Source: a virus
DNA length: 64,000 nucleotides
Direction: 5' to 3' (one strand)
Virus record (IMG/VR): IMGVR_UViG_3300045988_166693
Coordinates: 1-64,000 of that record
The notes under the pieces are model-generated. The model was not told the DNA's origin. It was given only the letters and a program-made list of their open reading frames with translations, and made no database searches. A program made the position numbers and the translations under genes. How positions within the stretch are numbered: the stretch's first letter is position 1; the number at the start of each line of letters is the position of its first letter. Below, in pieces: positions 17,232 through 25,773 of this stretch.

Positions 17232-17332
17232 TTTATTAATAAATTCTGAAAAATCTATTAATAAACGCTTCCTGTACTTATTAATAAACTCCAAAAAATT
17301 TATTCGACGCCACTGAAAAATTTATTAATAAA
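17232..17332. promoter_or_regulatory. Phased array of TTTATTAATAAA palindromes (4 full sites and 1 half-site)
   Basis: Site centres at about 17237.5, 17259.5, 17282.5, 17303.5 (half-site TTTATT) and 17326.5, giving spacings of 22, 23, 21 and 23 bp. Confidence 0.6.
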
Positions 17333-17414
17333 CACTTTTGAGAAAAAGGCAAAAAAAAGAGTGGGGAAATACCATTTCGGGTACTCCCCCACTCCCTGAA
17401 TTGTGTCATTATGA

Positions 17415-17861
17415 TCAGCTGAAAGTTCCGCCACCGCCACCTTCTTCCTCATCGGCATCCGGATCTTCGGGTTCTTCCGGGCCTTGTGACGATGCCGAAA
17501 TGCGGTCGAGGGTCATTCTATCCATCTGTTCCTTGAAGTCCTTGCTGGGGAGGAAAAGAACGCGCTTGCGCACGATTTTCTCTTTGCCTTCTATCTCAGA
17601 ACTCTTGCAGGTGATAGCCGGCTTCAGATAACCGAGGTTACCCAGACTTACGCCATGTCCTTCCAACAGCCAGGTACATGCAGATTCCGCCATAGTTTCC
17701 ACTACGACCTTACAGGTTGCTTTCGGAAGTCCGGACCGCAGGGAGATCTGCTCTACCAGCTTGTTAAAGCTTACTGTCCCGGAACGGACTGCTGAAGCAA
17801 CATACTTCTCGGTTTTCTCCTTGTCGAAACCGAAAGACTTTTTGTTGACATACTCCCACAC
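17415..17861 (-). CDS. HU-family (HU_HIG-like) DNA-binding protein with acidic, Gly-rich tail; its 5' end is supplied by the IS
   Basis: Core TVSFNKLVEQISLRSGLPKATCKVVVETMAES...VSLGNLGYLKPAI...RVLFLPSKDFK. Tail PEEPEDPDADEEEGGGGGTFS. The only available start is GTG at 17861, which lies inside the inferred IS right end. Confidence 0.6.
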   Translation of the reverse strand: MWEYVNKKSFGFDKEKTEKYVASAVRSGTVSFNKLVEQISLRSGLPKATCKVVVETMAESACTWLLEGHGVSLGNLGYLKPAITCKSSEIEGKEKIVRKRVLFLPSKDFKEQMDRMTLDRISASSQGPEEPEDPDADEEEGGGGGTFS

Positions 17862-19022
17862 CTAAAGGAATGGGATTCGGGCGTCATTGGTGGCAACCTG
17901 CATCGCAGGATTTACGCCACCTCTTCCCAGAGTTGATGTCCCAACTCTTAAAATATTTTTTGCCGCATTAATATCACGGTCGTGTTCTCTCCCACATTGC
18001 GGACAAGTCCACTTTCTGATGTTAAGCGGCATTTTTTCTGTCTTATACCCACATGAAGAACAGGTTTTCGATGATGCTTCCCATCTGTCTATCTGTACAA
18101 ATTTCTTCCCGTATTTAGCGCAAAGCCATGAAAGTTTGGACACAAAGGAAGTGAATGAAAGGTCGTTTATCTTTCTTCCCCAAACTTTCTGCATTGCCTT
18201 CATGTTAAGTGTCTCCATACATATTACATCATAGTCTGATACAATACGGATAGCAGTCTTCCACTGAAAATCTTCTCTGATATTAGAAATTTTTCTATGC
18301 AATCTTGCCAGGGATAATCTCGCTTTATTACGTTCATTGCTACCTTTCTTCTTTTTGGAAAGATTCCTGCTTTTTCTTCTTAATTCATCCAGATGATTGA
18401 AGAGTATAAGGGGAGATTCTATTCTTGTTCCATTATCCTGCGTCAGAAAGTGCTTCATTCCAAAGTCAAACCCTGCAGTCTTACCCGTCATGGGTTTGCT
18501 TGTCGATGATTCCTCGTTTCTGCGGACAGACATAATAATCCAATAGTCTCCAACCGCATCACGCTTGACACTTAAAGTCTGAATTCTACCGTCCACAGGT
18601 CTTGACAGGTGGAATTTAAGTCTGAGTTTTAAAGCATTTACTGTGAGAACATTTCCGTTAAGAGTATATCCTGCCTGTTTGAACGTGACTGAGCGATATT
18701 TTCTCCAATTCTTAAATGTTGGAAGATGCTTGGCTGTTCTATTGAAAAAATTCTTATATCCATTATTTATGCGTTCACAAATCTGCTGTACAGACTGGGA
18801 GCCGATAATCTTCCATTGTGAGTATGATGATTTTCTCAATTTGAGAAGATGGGATTGCAGCCTGTACATTGAGAGGGATTTATGATACATGCGATAATAA
18901 CGCTTATGCAGGGAAATAGCATGGTTGTATATCCATGCTGCCGTCCTGAACCATTCCTGCAGCCTTTTCTCATGGTTGCGGTTCTGTTTGTAAACCTTAT
19001 ATTTATAGGTTAGTGTCTGCAT
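17862..19022 (-). CDS. tnpB: TnpB (RuvC-like, RNA-guided nuclease family; IS605 OrfB)
   Basis: 386 aa. RuvC-I AGFDFGMKHF, RuvC-II DVICMETLNMK, zinc finger CSSCGYKTEK...CPQCGREHDRDINAAKNIL (RuvC-III). Confidence 0.9.
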   Translation of the reverse strand: MQTLTYKYKVYKQNRNHEKRLQEWFRTAAWIYNHAISLHKRYYRMYHKSLSMYRLQSHLLKLRKSSYSQWKIIGSQSVQQICERINNGYKNFFNRTAKHLPTFKNWRKYRSVTFKQAGYTLNGNVLTVNALKLRLKFHLSRPVDGRIQTLSVKRDAVGDYWIIMSVRRNEESSTSKPMTGKTAGFDFGMKHFLTQDNGTRIESPLILFNHLDELRRKSRNLSKKKKGSNERNKARLSLARLHRKISNIREDFQWKTAIRIVSDYDVICMETLNMKAMQKVWGRKINDLSFTSFVSKLSWLCAKYGKKFVQIDRWEASSKTCSSCGYKTEKMPLNIRKWTCPQCGREHDRDINAAKNILRVGTSTLGRGGVNPAMQVATNDARIPFL

Positions 19023-19103
19023 GATTAATTATTATCTCTATGTCGCAAATATAATATTTTTTTCTTATATTTGCCAACGTATAACAATATATTTCAAAGG
19101 AAT

Positions 19104-19502
19104 ATGGATGACCGATGGAAAACTAATCCAGGATGCGTTTACAACGTATCGTATCACATAATATGGTGCCCGAAATACAGAAGGAAACTCCTTGTAGGAG
19201 AAGTAGAAAAAAGGCTGCATTCCTTGCTTATAGAAAAAGCAATGAAAAACGGATGGAGCGTATCAAAGCTGGAAATTATGCCAGACCATGTACATATGTT
19301 TATTAAAGCTACGCCTTCTGATTCCATTGCTCATATTGTATCGCAACTGAAAGGATATACATCTTACATTCTCCGGTCGGAATTTCCGCACCTGAAGCAA
19401 AGGGTTCCTACACTATGGACTCGTTCTTATTATGTTGAGACTATTGGACATATTTCTGAAAAGACCATTCTCAAATACATTGAAGACCAAAAGAAAAAAT
19501 AG
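19104..19502 (+). CDS. tnpA: IS200/IS605 Y1 (HUH) transposase TnpA
   Basis: YHIIWCPKYRRK, HUH motif MPDHVHMFIKA, catalytic-Tyr region WTRSYYVETIG. Start trimmed to the ATG at 19104. TATATTTG -7 box at 19066-19073. Confidence 0.9.
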   Translation: MDDRWKTNPGCVYNVSYHIIWCPKYRRKLLVGEVEKRLHSLLIEKAMKNGWSVSKLEIMPDHVHMFIKATPSDSIAHIVSQLKGYTSYILRSEFPHLKQRVPTLWTRSYYVETIGHISEKTILKYIEDQKKK

Positions 19503-19555
19503 TTTTAAGGGAAAACTTTCATCCCATACCTAAAGGAATGGGCTTTCAGTTCACA

Positions 19556-19753
19556 CTAATCGTAATTATCAAATTGAATCCGATCGGCGTGTTTGCCTTT
19601 TCTTTCGGCCTGCACAGCTTCCATCAGCTCGCTAATGACCAGGCAAAGGAAATGTTCGTCGCTTAAATCCTCGTCGTGCCAGCCGTGTTCTACTGCGTTC
19701 TGGTAGGCTTCGTCTCTCAGTCTGTTCAGATCTATTGTTTTAATTGTTTCCAT
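19556..19753 (-). CDS. MazG-like (all-alpha NTP pyrophosphohydrolase-like) N-terminal fragment, probably altered at its 3' end by the IS insertion
   Basis: YQNAVEHGWHDEDLSDEHFLCLVISELMEAVQAERKGK fits the first helix pair and EXXE motif of phage MazG-like proteins. The second metal-binding helix is absent. The last codon and the TAG stop (19556-19561) lie inside the inferred IS left end. Confidence 0.45.
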   Translation of the reverse strand: METIKTIDLNRLRDEAYQNAVEHGWHDEDLSDEHFLCLVISELMEAVQAERKGKHADRIQFDNYD

Positions 19754-19916
19754 CTATTATGTCTCCTTTCTTTAGTTTCTTTGCTTCTTTCTTATTGTCA
19801 TAATACACCGTAACAACACATGGGCGGCCATTCCTATCGGCCACAGCCTGCACCTCGTATTTCTGCATACTGGGACGATATATAATGCTCACTACTCTTT
19901 TAATTGTGGTTGTCAT
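19740..19916 (-). CDS. Possible small ORF (58 aa), below the ORF-track cutoff
   Basis: ATG at 19916. MTTTIKRVVSIIYRPSMQKYEVQAVADRNGRPCVVTVYYDNKKEAKKLKKGDIIDGNN. Fills an otherwise empty gap and overlaps the next start by 14 nt. Confidence 0.3.
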   Translation of the reverse strand: MTTTIKRVVSIIYRPSMQKYEVQAVADRNGRPCVVTVYYDNKKEAKKLKKGDIIDGNN

Positions 19917-19919
19917 AGG

Positions 19920-20366
19920 CTATTCATTTTTAGAATAGTTCAGTCTTTTGATTGCTTCTTCCAGGGTAATCTTTCCTAATTTGTAGTCACAGAGAATTTT
20001 AGTATCACAGTTCATACCATCCATCTCGTCGAATGAAACATTTATCGGATTGGTGACATATCCAAACTGGGAGAAATCGCGTGCGACAGCAGCTATCTCT
20101 TGCCTTTTTATGAGAGTGTAGTTCTCTGATCTCAGCCGTTGAAGTTCGGTTTCTTTATCGGCGAGGAACTTTTCTTCCACCATCCGGATGGCCAAAATCG
20201 CATCCTCCAGGGTAACATAGGCTGTGTGGTGTTCACGCCGGTGCAGTCGGCCTTTGTCATCAGAAAAATCTCCGCTCGGGAGAAGGGAGAGCTTTTCGCT
20301 CTCCCATTTTTCACGGTCGCTGCACCACACTTTCATACGTTCTTCTAAGAATTGTTTTGCGTCCAT
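19920..20366 (-). CDS. Hypothetical early protein
   Basis: 148-aa ORF in a tightly packed co-directional array. Confidence 0.55.
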   Translation of the reverse strand: MDAKQFLEERMKVWCSDREKWESEKLSLLPSGDFSDDKGRLHRREHHTAYVTLEDAILAIRMVEEKFLADKETELQRLRSENYTLIKRQEIAAVARDFSQFGYVTNPINVSFDEMDGMNCDTKILCDYKLGKITLEEAIKRLNYSKNE

Positions 20367-20770
20367 TTTACTCTTTTTTCAATTAGTTCCAACATACGGT
20401 TGATTTTCATCCTTTGGTAGAGCTGCCACCAGTGTAAATCACGTTTTTGATTCTTCAGCTGAAGGTAAATGTCTTTAAACACTCCTTCATTGGTTTTTAA
20501 ACAAAGGATTTCTTCTTCCTTTGCTTTCATTTCTTCTACGATCTTAAAAATATAATCCGTCAATGAATTATGTTTAATCACAATGGATCGTACATTTACA
20601 TGAAAATTTTGCCCAACAGTTTTAGTATATCTCGATTCCCAGGCAGATTCATACTCTTTAAGAATATCCTCTTTTTTTTCTTTATTCTTTTGAGTCAAAT
20701 CTAAAATCTTTTGTTCCATCTTTCTATATTCGGATAGAGGGATGATTATTTGTTTTTTATCTTCTTCCAT
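20345..20770 (-). CDS. Hypothetical early protein (coiled-coil-like)
   Basis: 141-aa K/E-rich ORF. Confidence 0.55.
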   Translation of the reverse strand: MEEDKKQIIIPLSEYRKMEQKILDLTQKNKEKKEDILKEYESAWESRYTKTVGQNFHVNVRSIVIKHNSLTDYIFKIVEEMKAKEEEILCLKTNEGVFKDIYLQLKNQKRDLHWWQLYQRMKINRMLELIEKRVKWTQNNS

Positions 20771-20775
20771 AAGCT

Positions 20776-21258
20776 TTAGTCTTTAGATTTCCAATCATTG
20801 CATAAATAATGGCTGTATGCCCTGTCTGAATAGAGACTGCATTCACCCGAGTCTGAATCTTCCGATGGAAGGTAATGAAGGCACGTGCGGCATTCTCGCT
20901 CTTCCTTTTTGTAGTCCTTGCAACCGGGCAGGAAGAAACCTGTATCTTCCCCATTGTATCCATTTCCTACCCTGAACCTGAGAGGACGGACAAACTCGCA
21001 AAGCTGACTGTTTGGCTTTTGCTTCTCCCCTTCTTTCAGCGGGCGGAAATGGATGCAGTCGTCGCAGAAATTCACGGTGCGTAGTTTTTCTTCCCTCGCA
21101 ATGGGTTTCTTCCGGTTGAGCCAGTTGCTTGTGTCGTTCAACGGGCAGGCTCCGCAGTAGTAATCGTCTTTGTAGTAAAGACAATATCCTTCGCAGAACA
21201 CTCCTTTGATTTCCTTCAGCAGACTGGCCTTTATCTTTTCTACGTTCGCATTTGGCAT
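20776..21258 (-). CDS. Cys-rich hypothetical protein (putative metal-binding)
   Basis: 160 aa with clustered Cys (CEGYCLYY..YYCGACP, FCDDCIHF, CRTC). Confidence 0.55.
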   Translation of the reverse strand: MPNANVEKIKASLLKEIKGVFCEGYCLYYKDDYYCGACPLNDTSNWLNRKKPIAREEKLRTVNFCDDCIHFRPLKEGEKQKPNSQLCEFVRPLRFRVGNGYNGEDTGFFLPGCKDYKKEERECRTCLHYLPSEDSDSGECSLYSDRAYSHYLCNDWKSKD

Positions 21259-21581
21259 GATTCTATCAGGTATTTGTCTATTTCAAACCGGAGATAAAAA
21301 AACACGATACCTTCCAAATGGTCTATATGCTCGAGGTATTTTTCTATCGTAAATCCTTTTATCGTCAGGTATCTTTTGAATATCTGAAATCCGGCTGAAA
21401 TTTCCTTGTATTCAATATTATAGTCATCCGGCCTCCATGGTGAGCATTGTCGTAATATCATAGAACGATCTTCTATAGGACATTTCTTTATCTCCTTTAT
21501 GGCTCCTTCCATAAGGAGCTTTGCCACGATGTTGGTCTTTTTAATGTGGTTAAATTTGAAATCTTCTGGTATGAATATCAT
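21240..21581 (-). CDS. Hypothetical early protein
   Basis: Start trimmed to the ATG at 21581, which forms an ATGA overlap with the stop of 21578..21997. Confidence 0.5.
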   Translation of the reverse strand: MIFIPEDFKFNHIKKTNIVAKLLMEGAIKEIKKCPIEDRSMILRQCSPWRPDDYNIEYKEISAGFQIFKRYLTIKGFTIEKYLEHIDHLEGIVFFYLRFEIDKYLIESCQMRT

Positions 21582-21997
21582 GGCTCTTCCTCCTTTTTGC
21601 TGAAATGTTCGATAATTTCCTGGACGGTGGCTTTGTGGCAATACATGGGCTCTATTTGTGTTCCTATGTGCAGCCCGCCACTTCTGTCCGTCGCTTTAAA
21701 CCATGATCCTTTGTCCATGTTTAAATAGACATCTACATCTAAAATAAACCATTGGTTCCTATCCGTATCGTCACGTAAAGCTGCTATTGCTAGGAACAGC
21801 TCCTCATTAGTACCGCAGTCAATGTCGTTCGGATGAAGACGCTGAAATCCATCTTGAACGGAAATATACATTCCGTAATTGGCTGCCAGCCATTCTTCCT
21901 TGAAATCGTCAAGGGTATTGGCTCTTTGCCCCAGCTTCTGAAGCTTTTCCAGCAGTTCCGGTGTATTCTTCCGAATAAAACAAGGTTGTGTAAACAT
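21578..21997 (-). CDS. Hypothetical early protein
   Basis: 139-aa ORF. Confidence 0.55.
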   Translation of the reverse strand: MFTQPCFIRKNTPELLEKLQKLGQRANTLDDFKEEWLAANYGMYISVQDGFQRLHPNDIDCGTNEELFLAIAALRDDTDRNQWFILDVDVYLNMDKGSWFKATDRSGGLHIGTQIEPMYCHKATVQEIIEHFSKKEEEP

Positions 21998-22007
21998 AAG
22001 CTGATTC

Positions 22008-22412
22008 TTATAAGTAAGTTAATGACTCTTTTATCCCATCGTTCAAAGCTTTCTCGAATGTATCGGTATATCCGTCCATCTGCGATATGAGAGAAAAATC
22101 CTCCATGTCGTACAGACGGTAGTACCATCCATGTTTGTTTAGGTCGACAACGATGTGGATCTTTCCTTTTGTGCGGACCCATTTTTGAGCGGCGTATAGT
22201 GTGGGAGCCAGGTATTCGTTCAGGTATTCTTTATATCTTAACAGCTCCCGGAACTTCCTCACGTTGAACATTAGTACGCTTAGCACCGGCCGTCCTGTTT
22301 CATCTGTTATGTAACTGGCACGACAGTCTTCTATATATCCTTTGTCCTGAAGAAGCTTAGCTACTTCAAAAGTGACAAAATCTTCGTTTATCTTATTATA
22401 TTCTGCTGACAT
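22008..22412 (-). CDS. Hypothetical early protein
   Basis: 134-aa ORF. Confidence 0.55.
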   Translation of the reverse strand: MSAEYNKINEDFVTFEVAKLLQDKGYIEDCRASYITDETGRPVLSVLMFNVRKFRELLRYKEYLNEYLAPTLYAAQKWVRTKGKIHIVVDLNKHGWYYRLYDMEDFSLISQMDGYTDTFEKALNDGIKESLTYL

Positions 22413-22416
22413 GGTG

Positions 22417-22749
22417 CTATGCTTTTAATGGTTTTAAAAAGTTTCTTGTAAAGCCTAAATCAAGTCCTCTATCGTGGTAGAATTTCAATACTGCATCGTG
22501 GCTGTGCCGTGTATAGAAACCTATATTGACGAGGATATTGAATATCTCCAAAGCTGTATATCTCCGGTAATCTTCAATCGTAAAGTAAGTGTTTGGAGAG
22601 TATTTGGAGCCACCGGAAAACTTAAAGTGAAGGCTACCTTCATACTCCTGTACCTGAACTACAGGCCAACGGTAACTGTCCTTAAATTTAGGAATATCCT
22701 TCCATTTAAGTTTTGACTTCCGGCTTTCGTGGATTCGTATCTCAGCCAT
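22417..22749 (-). CDS. Hypothetical early protein
   Basis: 110-aa ORF. Confidence 0.55.
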   Translation of the reverse strand: MAEIRIHESRKSKLKWKDIPKFKDSYRWPVVQVQEYEGSLHFKFSGGSKYSPNTYFTIEDYRRYTALEIFNILVNIGFYTRHSHDAVLKFYHDRGLDLGFTRNFLKPLKA

Positions 22750-22763
22750 TGCTATAACTTGCT

Positions 22764-23243
22764 TTAATTGATTTTACACAGTAAAACCCATATTAAGCAA
22801 ACAAACATGATGAAGGCGACAATCCCTGCACAAATGGCCGGTATTAGCATTCTCTTCCACAGTATATCTGCCTTGTGGCATCGTTCGTTGATATAATTGA
22901 TTTTCGTCATGTGCTCGCCAAACTGAATCTCCATCATGTGACGTGCCCAGTCTTTCACCAATTTCCCAAATCTTTCTCTTGCCTCTTGTTTGATAGTAAA
23001 CTTCCCTGCCGGATCAAGAAGCAATGAATCGGTTCTGAACTGGAACTGCTCACTATCCAGAATATCACGACCATCGCTGCTCCGTATCTCCATGGAAACT
23101 TTAAGCCATGGAATTGCTTTTGTTTCCCACATTTCGAGTGCACGTTTCTCTATCTCTTCTGCGTTGGCGTTGGCCAGCTCTTTCATCTTTTCGTACTCGT
23201 CTTTCTGAACGAAGACGACTGCTTTCTTATCGTCGATATACAT
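22764..23243 (-). CDS. Hypothetical protein with a C-terminal transmembrane helix
   Basis: 159 aa. C-terminus LIPAICAGIVAFIMFVCLIWVLL. Confidence 0.55.
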   Translation of the reverse strand: MYIDDKKAVVFVQKDEYEKMKELANANAEEIEKRALEMWETKAIPWLKVSMEIRSSDGRDILDSEQFQFRTDSLLLDPAGKFTIKQEARERFGKLVKDWARHMMEIQFGEHMTKINYINERCHKADILWKRMLIPAICAGIVAFIMFVCLIWVLLCKIN

Positions 23244-23259
23244 AGTTCCTGGTTTTAGA

Positions 23260-23889
23260 TTATTCTTTACTTTCCTGACTTTCTTCGATCATCCTTTCCA
23301 CTTCCTGAATGTCGCAGGTGAATTTGTTTTCCAAGCTATCATACTGGGAACATTCTTCGTCGACATACTCTATCCATGCCGTTTTGGTCTCAAGGTTGAT
23401 AATTATCATCGGCCTGTTGCAGGAATCGTCTTTCCCTAGCACTCTGTTTTTCAGCTGCTGAATGTCGAAGTCGCAAAATATACGATGTAACTCCCCGTTA
23501 TAATAATCGAATATCGGACCGGTGTAGATAATGTTTTTCGTTTTCATACCTGGGTATTTAAGTTCAATCATTGGTTTATGGTGGAATATCGGCCGTTTTA
23601 TTTCGCTCCATGCGATTGGCCTTACATTGTAGGCCCATGTCCCGTCTGACATGATGAAGGAATTGGTGTATCTTCCGTCTCCCAGCATGACGTTCACGCA
23701 TTGTCCTTTCGGAGGGAGTGAAGCTTGTACGCTTTTCCATTGATATAAGTATGACGCATCCCATGAAGTCCACATTGCTTTTATTATATCGTCAATGGAG
23801 AAGTGTATATTTTCTTTGCTTCCTGAGACCCTAATACGGTCGTTAAACAGGTTTGTGACGTATTGGTGTATATATTCTTCCTTATCCAT
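23260..23889 (-). CDS. Hypothetical early protein
   Basis: 209-aa ORF. Confidence 0.55.
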   Translation of the reverse strand: MDKEEYIHQYVTNLFNDRIRVSGSKENIHFSIDDIIKAMWTSWDASYLYQWKSVQASLPPKGQCVNVMLGDGRYTNSFIMSDGTWAYNVRPIAWSEIKRPIFHHKPMIELKYPGMKTKNIIYTGPIFDYYNGELHRIFCDFDIQQLKNRVLGKDDSCNRPMIIINLETKTAWIEYVDEECSQYDSLENKFTCDIQEVERMIEESQESKE

Positions 23890-24268
23890 GGTTTACTTCA
23901 TTTAGTTTTGGTTTCGGGAACCAGTAGTCACATTCATAATCTCCGTAGTCCTCAAAATGAAAATCGGGAGAAGTCGCTACTTTATATTTCCCGTCTTCCT
24001 GGTAGATGTATCCGCTTACGAATGCTCCGTTTGACACCATACGGCAGACAACCTCCTCGTTCGGGTCAGGTTGCCGTTCTTTTACGTTTGTCAGAAGGCC
24101 GCCGAGCATGGCATCCCATCCGTCCTCGTATGCCTGTTCAACATAGTATATATCAAAATCGGACATTCGTTTTGCTCGTTCCATCCCGTATTTCTCCACA
24201 TAATACGATTTAACTGAGTTCATAAGCCCATCGGCGTATTCTCTTGCTTTTTCTTCTTTCTTATTCAT
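23882..24268 (-). CDS. Hypothetical early protein
   Basis: 128-aa ORF overlapping the next start by 8 nt. Confidence 0.55.
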   Translation of the reverse strand: MNKKEEKAREYADGLMNSVKSYYVEKYGMERAKRMSDFDIYYVEQAYEDGWDAMLGGLLTNVKERQPDPNEEVVCRMVSNGAFVSGYIYQEDGKYKVATSPDFHFEDYGDYECDYWFPKPKLNEVNHG

Positions 24269-24271
24269 GGC

Positions 24272-24622
24272 TTACTTCAATTCTATATGTAATTCCTTAT
24301 CTATCATCTTTGCGAGCTCTGGTATGCTCTTGTTTTGCCATTCCACGCATATATCATCTATTTCATCGTCATAGTGATTGTCGTGAACGTATTCGTTTAT
24401 CCAGGTAGCAAAATCATCTTCTGATATGCCTTCTTCATCATAGTCATCTATTTCGGATGCTATATTCAGACAGTGCAAATGCGATTTCCAGGTGTAAACT
24501 GTGCCGTCAAATTCCAAGGTGGCATTGTCGTACTTTTCTCCTTTCTCTATTATCCCTCCGCAGAAATTACACTTGTGCTGTTTTCTTGCTATGGGGTTTC
24601 TTCTGTTTATTTCTTTTGGCAT
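24272..24622 (-). CDS. Hypothetical protein with CxxC...HxxC motif and acidic C-terminal half
   Basis: 116 aa. KCNFCGG ... SHLHC. Confidence 0.55.
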   Translation of the reverse strand: MPKEINRRNPIARKQHKCNFCGGIIEKGEKYDNATLEFDGTVYTWKSHLHCLNIASEIDDYDEEGISEDDFATWINEYVHDNHYDDEIDDICVEWQNKSIPELAKMIDKELHIELK

Positions 24623-24625
24623 AAG

Positions 24626-24892
24626 TTATTCGTTTTTAGTTAAACATGCTCCTTTCAGAGCGGCTTCTATTGCTTCTTCTATATTGTTGAAGTCGTCGTA
24701 ATAGTCCACATCATATATCCCGTCATCACCCATTACGCTCAGGTAGAAGCGGGTTTTACCGGGCTCCTTTGCTTTACCATAACCTTGATTTGATGTTATG
24801 TAAAACTCACGCTTTTTGTAGTGAGCAACAAAGGAAGTCTTTGTGTATTCCCGTATTTCCGATTTGCGGAATATGCAGCCTGCTATTTTCAT
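24626..24892 (-). CDS. Hypothetical early protein
   Basis: 88-aa ORF. Confidence 0.5.
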   Translation of the reverse strand: MKIAGCIFRKSEIREYTKTSFVAHYKKREFYITSNQGYGKAKEPGKTRFYLSVMGDDGIYDVDYYDDFNNIEEAIEAALKGACLTKNE

Positions 24893-24898
24893 ATCCTG

Positions 24899-25228
24899 CT
24901 ATTTTACGGATACTACATTCGGGTAAAATTCTACAAAAGGAATTTCAACCCCCATGGTACGAAATGTATAAGTACTGTCTATCTTAATTCTTCCCAGCAG
25001 CTCCGGATGTGCAAGGAAACCATGTATGCTGAGTCTCATGGTCCCTTTGGAGGTGAAAAGTAGATAATAAACTTCGGTACTTACATAACCTTCTCTTGTG
25101 TTTACATTCTCTATTTTCTCTATCCGGTTTACAGTAGCTATTACTTCAGTTCGGTTAGAGAATGTAGTTATCGCAGCTAGGATAGATATAACAATAGCAA
25201 TAGCTATCATAAATGGTATTTTTTTCAT
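24899..25228 (-). CDS. Hypothetical protein with an N-terminal signal anchor
   Basis: 109 aa. N-terminus MKKIPFMIAIAIVISILAAITTF. Confidence 0.55.
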   Translation of the reverse strand: MKKIPFMIAIAIVISILAAITTFSNRTEVIATVNRIEKIENVNTREGYVSTEVYYLLFTSKGTMRLSIHGFLAHPELLGRIKIDSTYTFRTMGVEIPFVEFYPNVVSVK

Positions 25229-25235
25229 GGCTATT

Positions 25236-25772
25236 TTATTTATAAGGGTTATTATCCAAAACTAAAGCTGAAACGGCCAGTCCTTGTCTGATCAGGTTGC
25301 GATAGTCGATGTGGCACTGGTTCAGTACGTGAAAAACTTGCTGGAAATGGCGAAGGCCCAATTGAGTGCTGTTATGCTTCCCTTCTTCTGGAGTGATAAA
25401 GAATGTCTGTATGTTCATTTCGCACACCTTACATCCCCAGGCAAAGAACTCCACGCATTCTCTTTCTTGGTCGAATTTCCAGGTGGTATAAAAGCCCATA
25501 TACCCGTCGAAGTCGAATGCTCCTACCAGATAATTCATCGGGCAGATTTCCGAGCCGTTCACAAATATTTCTTCTGTGATTGAAGACAGCGGATAGAGTA
25601 TCGGTTTTATCTTACCTTCAGATGCCAATAGTCCTTCAATGCTAACGGATGGAACGGTTTCCTGCTTTAGCAACACGTCATATACTGTATTCCCGTCTGT
25701 GGCTTTAAATCCATACGGAAGACGGCTGCATGCGTCAATCTCTAACAATGTTATTTCTTCTTCTTTCATCAT
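25236..25772 (-). CDS. Hypothetical early protein
   Basis: 178-aa ORF. Confidence 0.55.
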   Translation of the reverse strand: MMKEEEITLLEIDACSRLPYGFKATDGNTVYDVLLKQETVPSVSIEGLLASEGKIKPILYPLSSITEEIFVNGSEICPMNYLVGAFDFDGYMGFYTTWKFDQERECVEFFAWGCKVCEMNIQTFFITPEEGKHNSTQLGLRHFQQVFHVLNQCHIDYRNLIRQGLAVSALVLDNNPYK

Positions 25773-25773
25773 A

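Larger units (their letters stand above)
17845..19561 (-). mobile_element. IS200/IS605-family insertion sequence (IS605-type, divergent tnpA/tnpB), about 1.7 kb
   Basis: Near-identical subterminal hairpins CCCA(T/C)-ACCTAAAGGA-ATGGG at 19523-19542 and 17855-17874. On the tnpB-sense strand, TTAC lies exactly 19 nt 5' of the left hairpin. TCAA ends exactly 10 nt 3' of the right hairpin. This matches the IS608 geometry. Confidence 0.8.

Noticed and set aside
17094-17294. 66-aa ORF covering part of the palindrome array
   Set aside because: Its recurring INK/LIN peptides simply translate the TTATTAATAAA repeats, so the region is better explained as a DNA-level site array.
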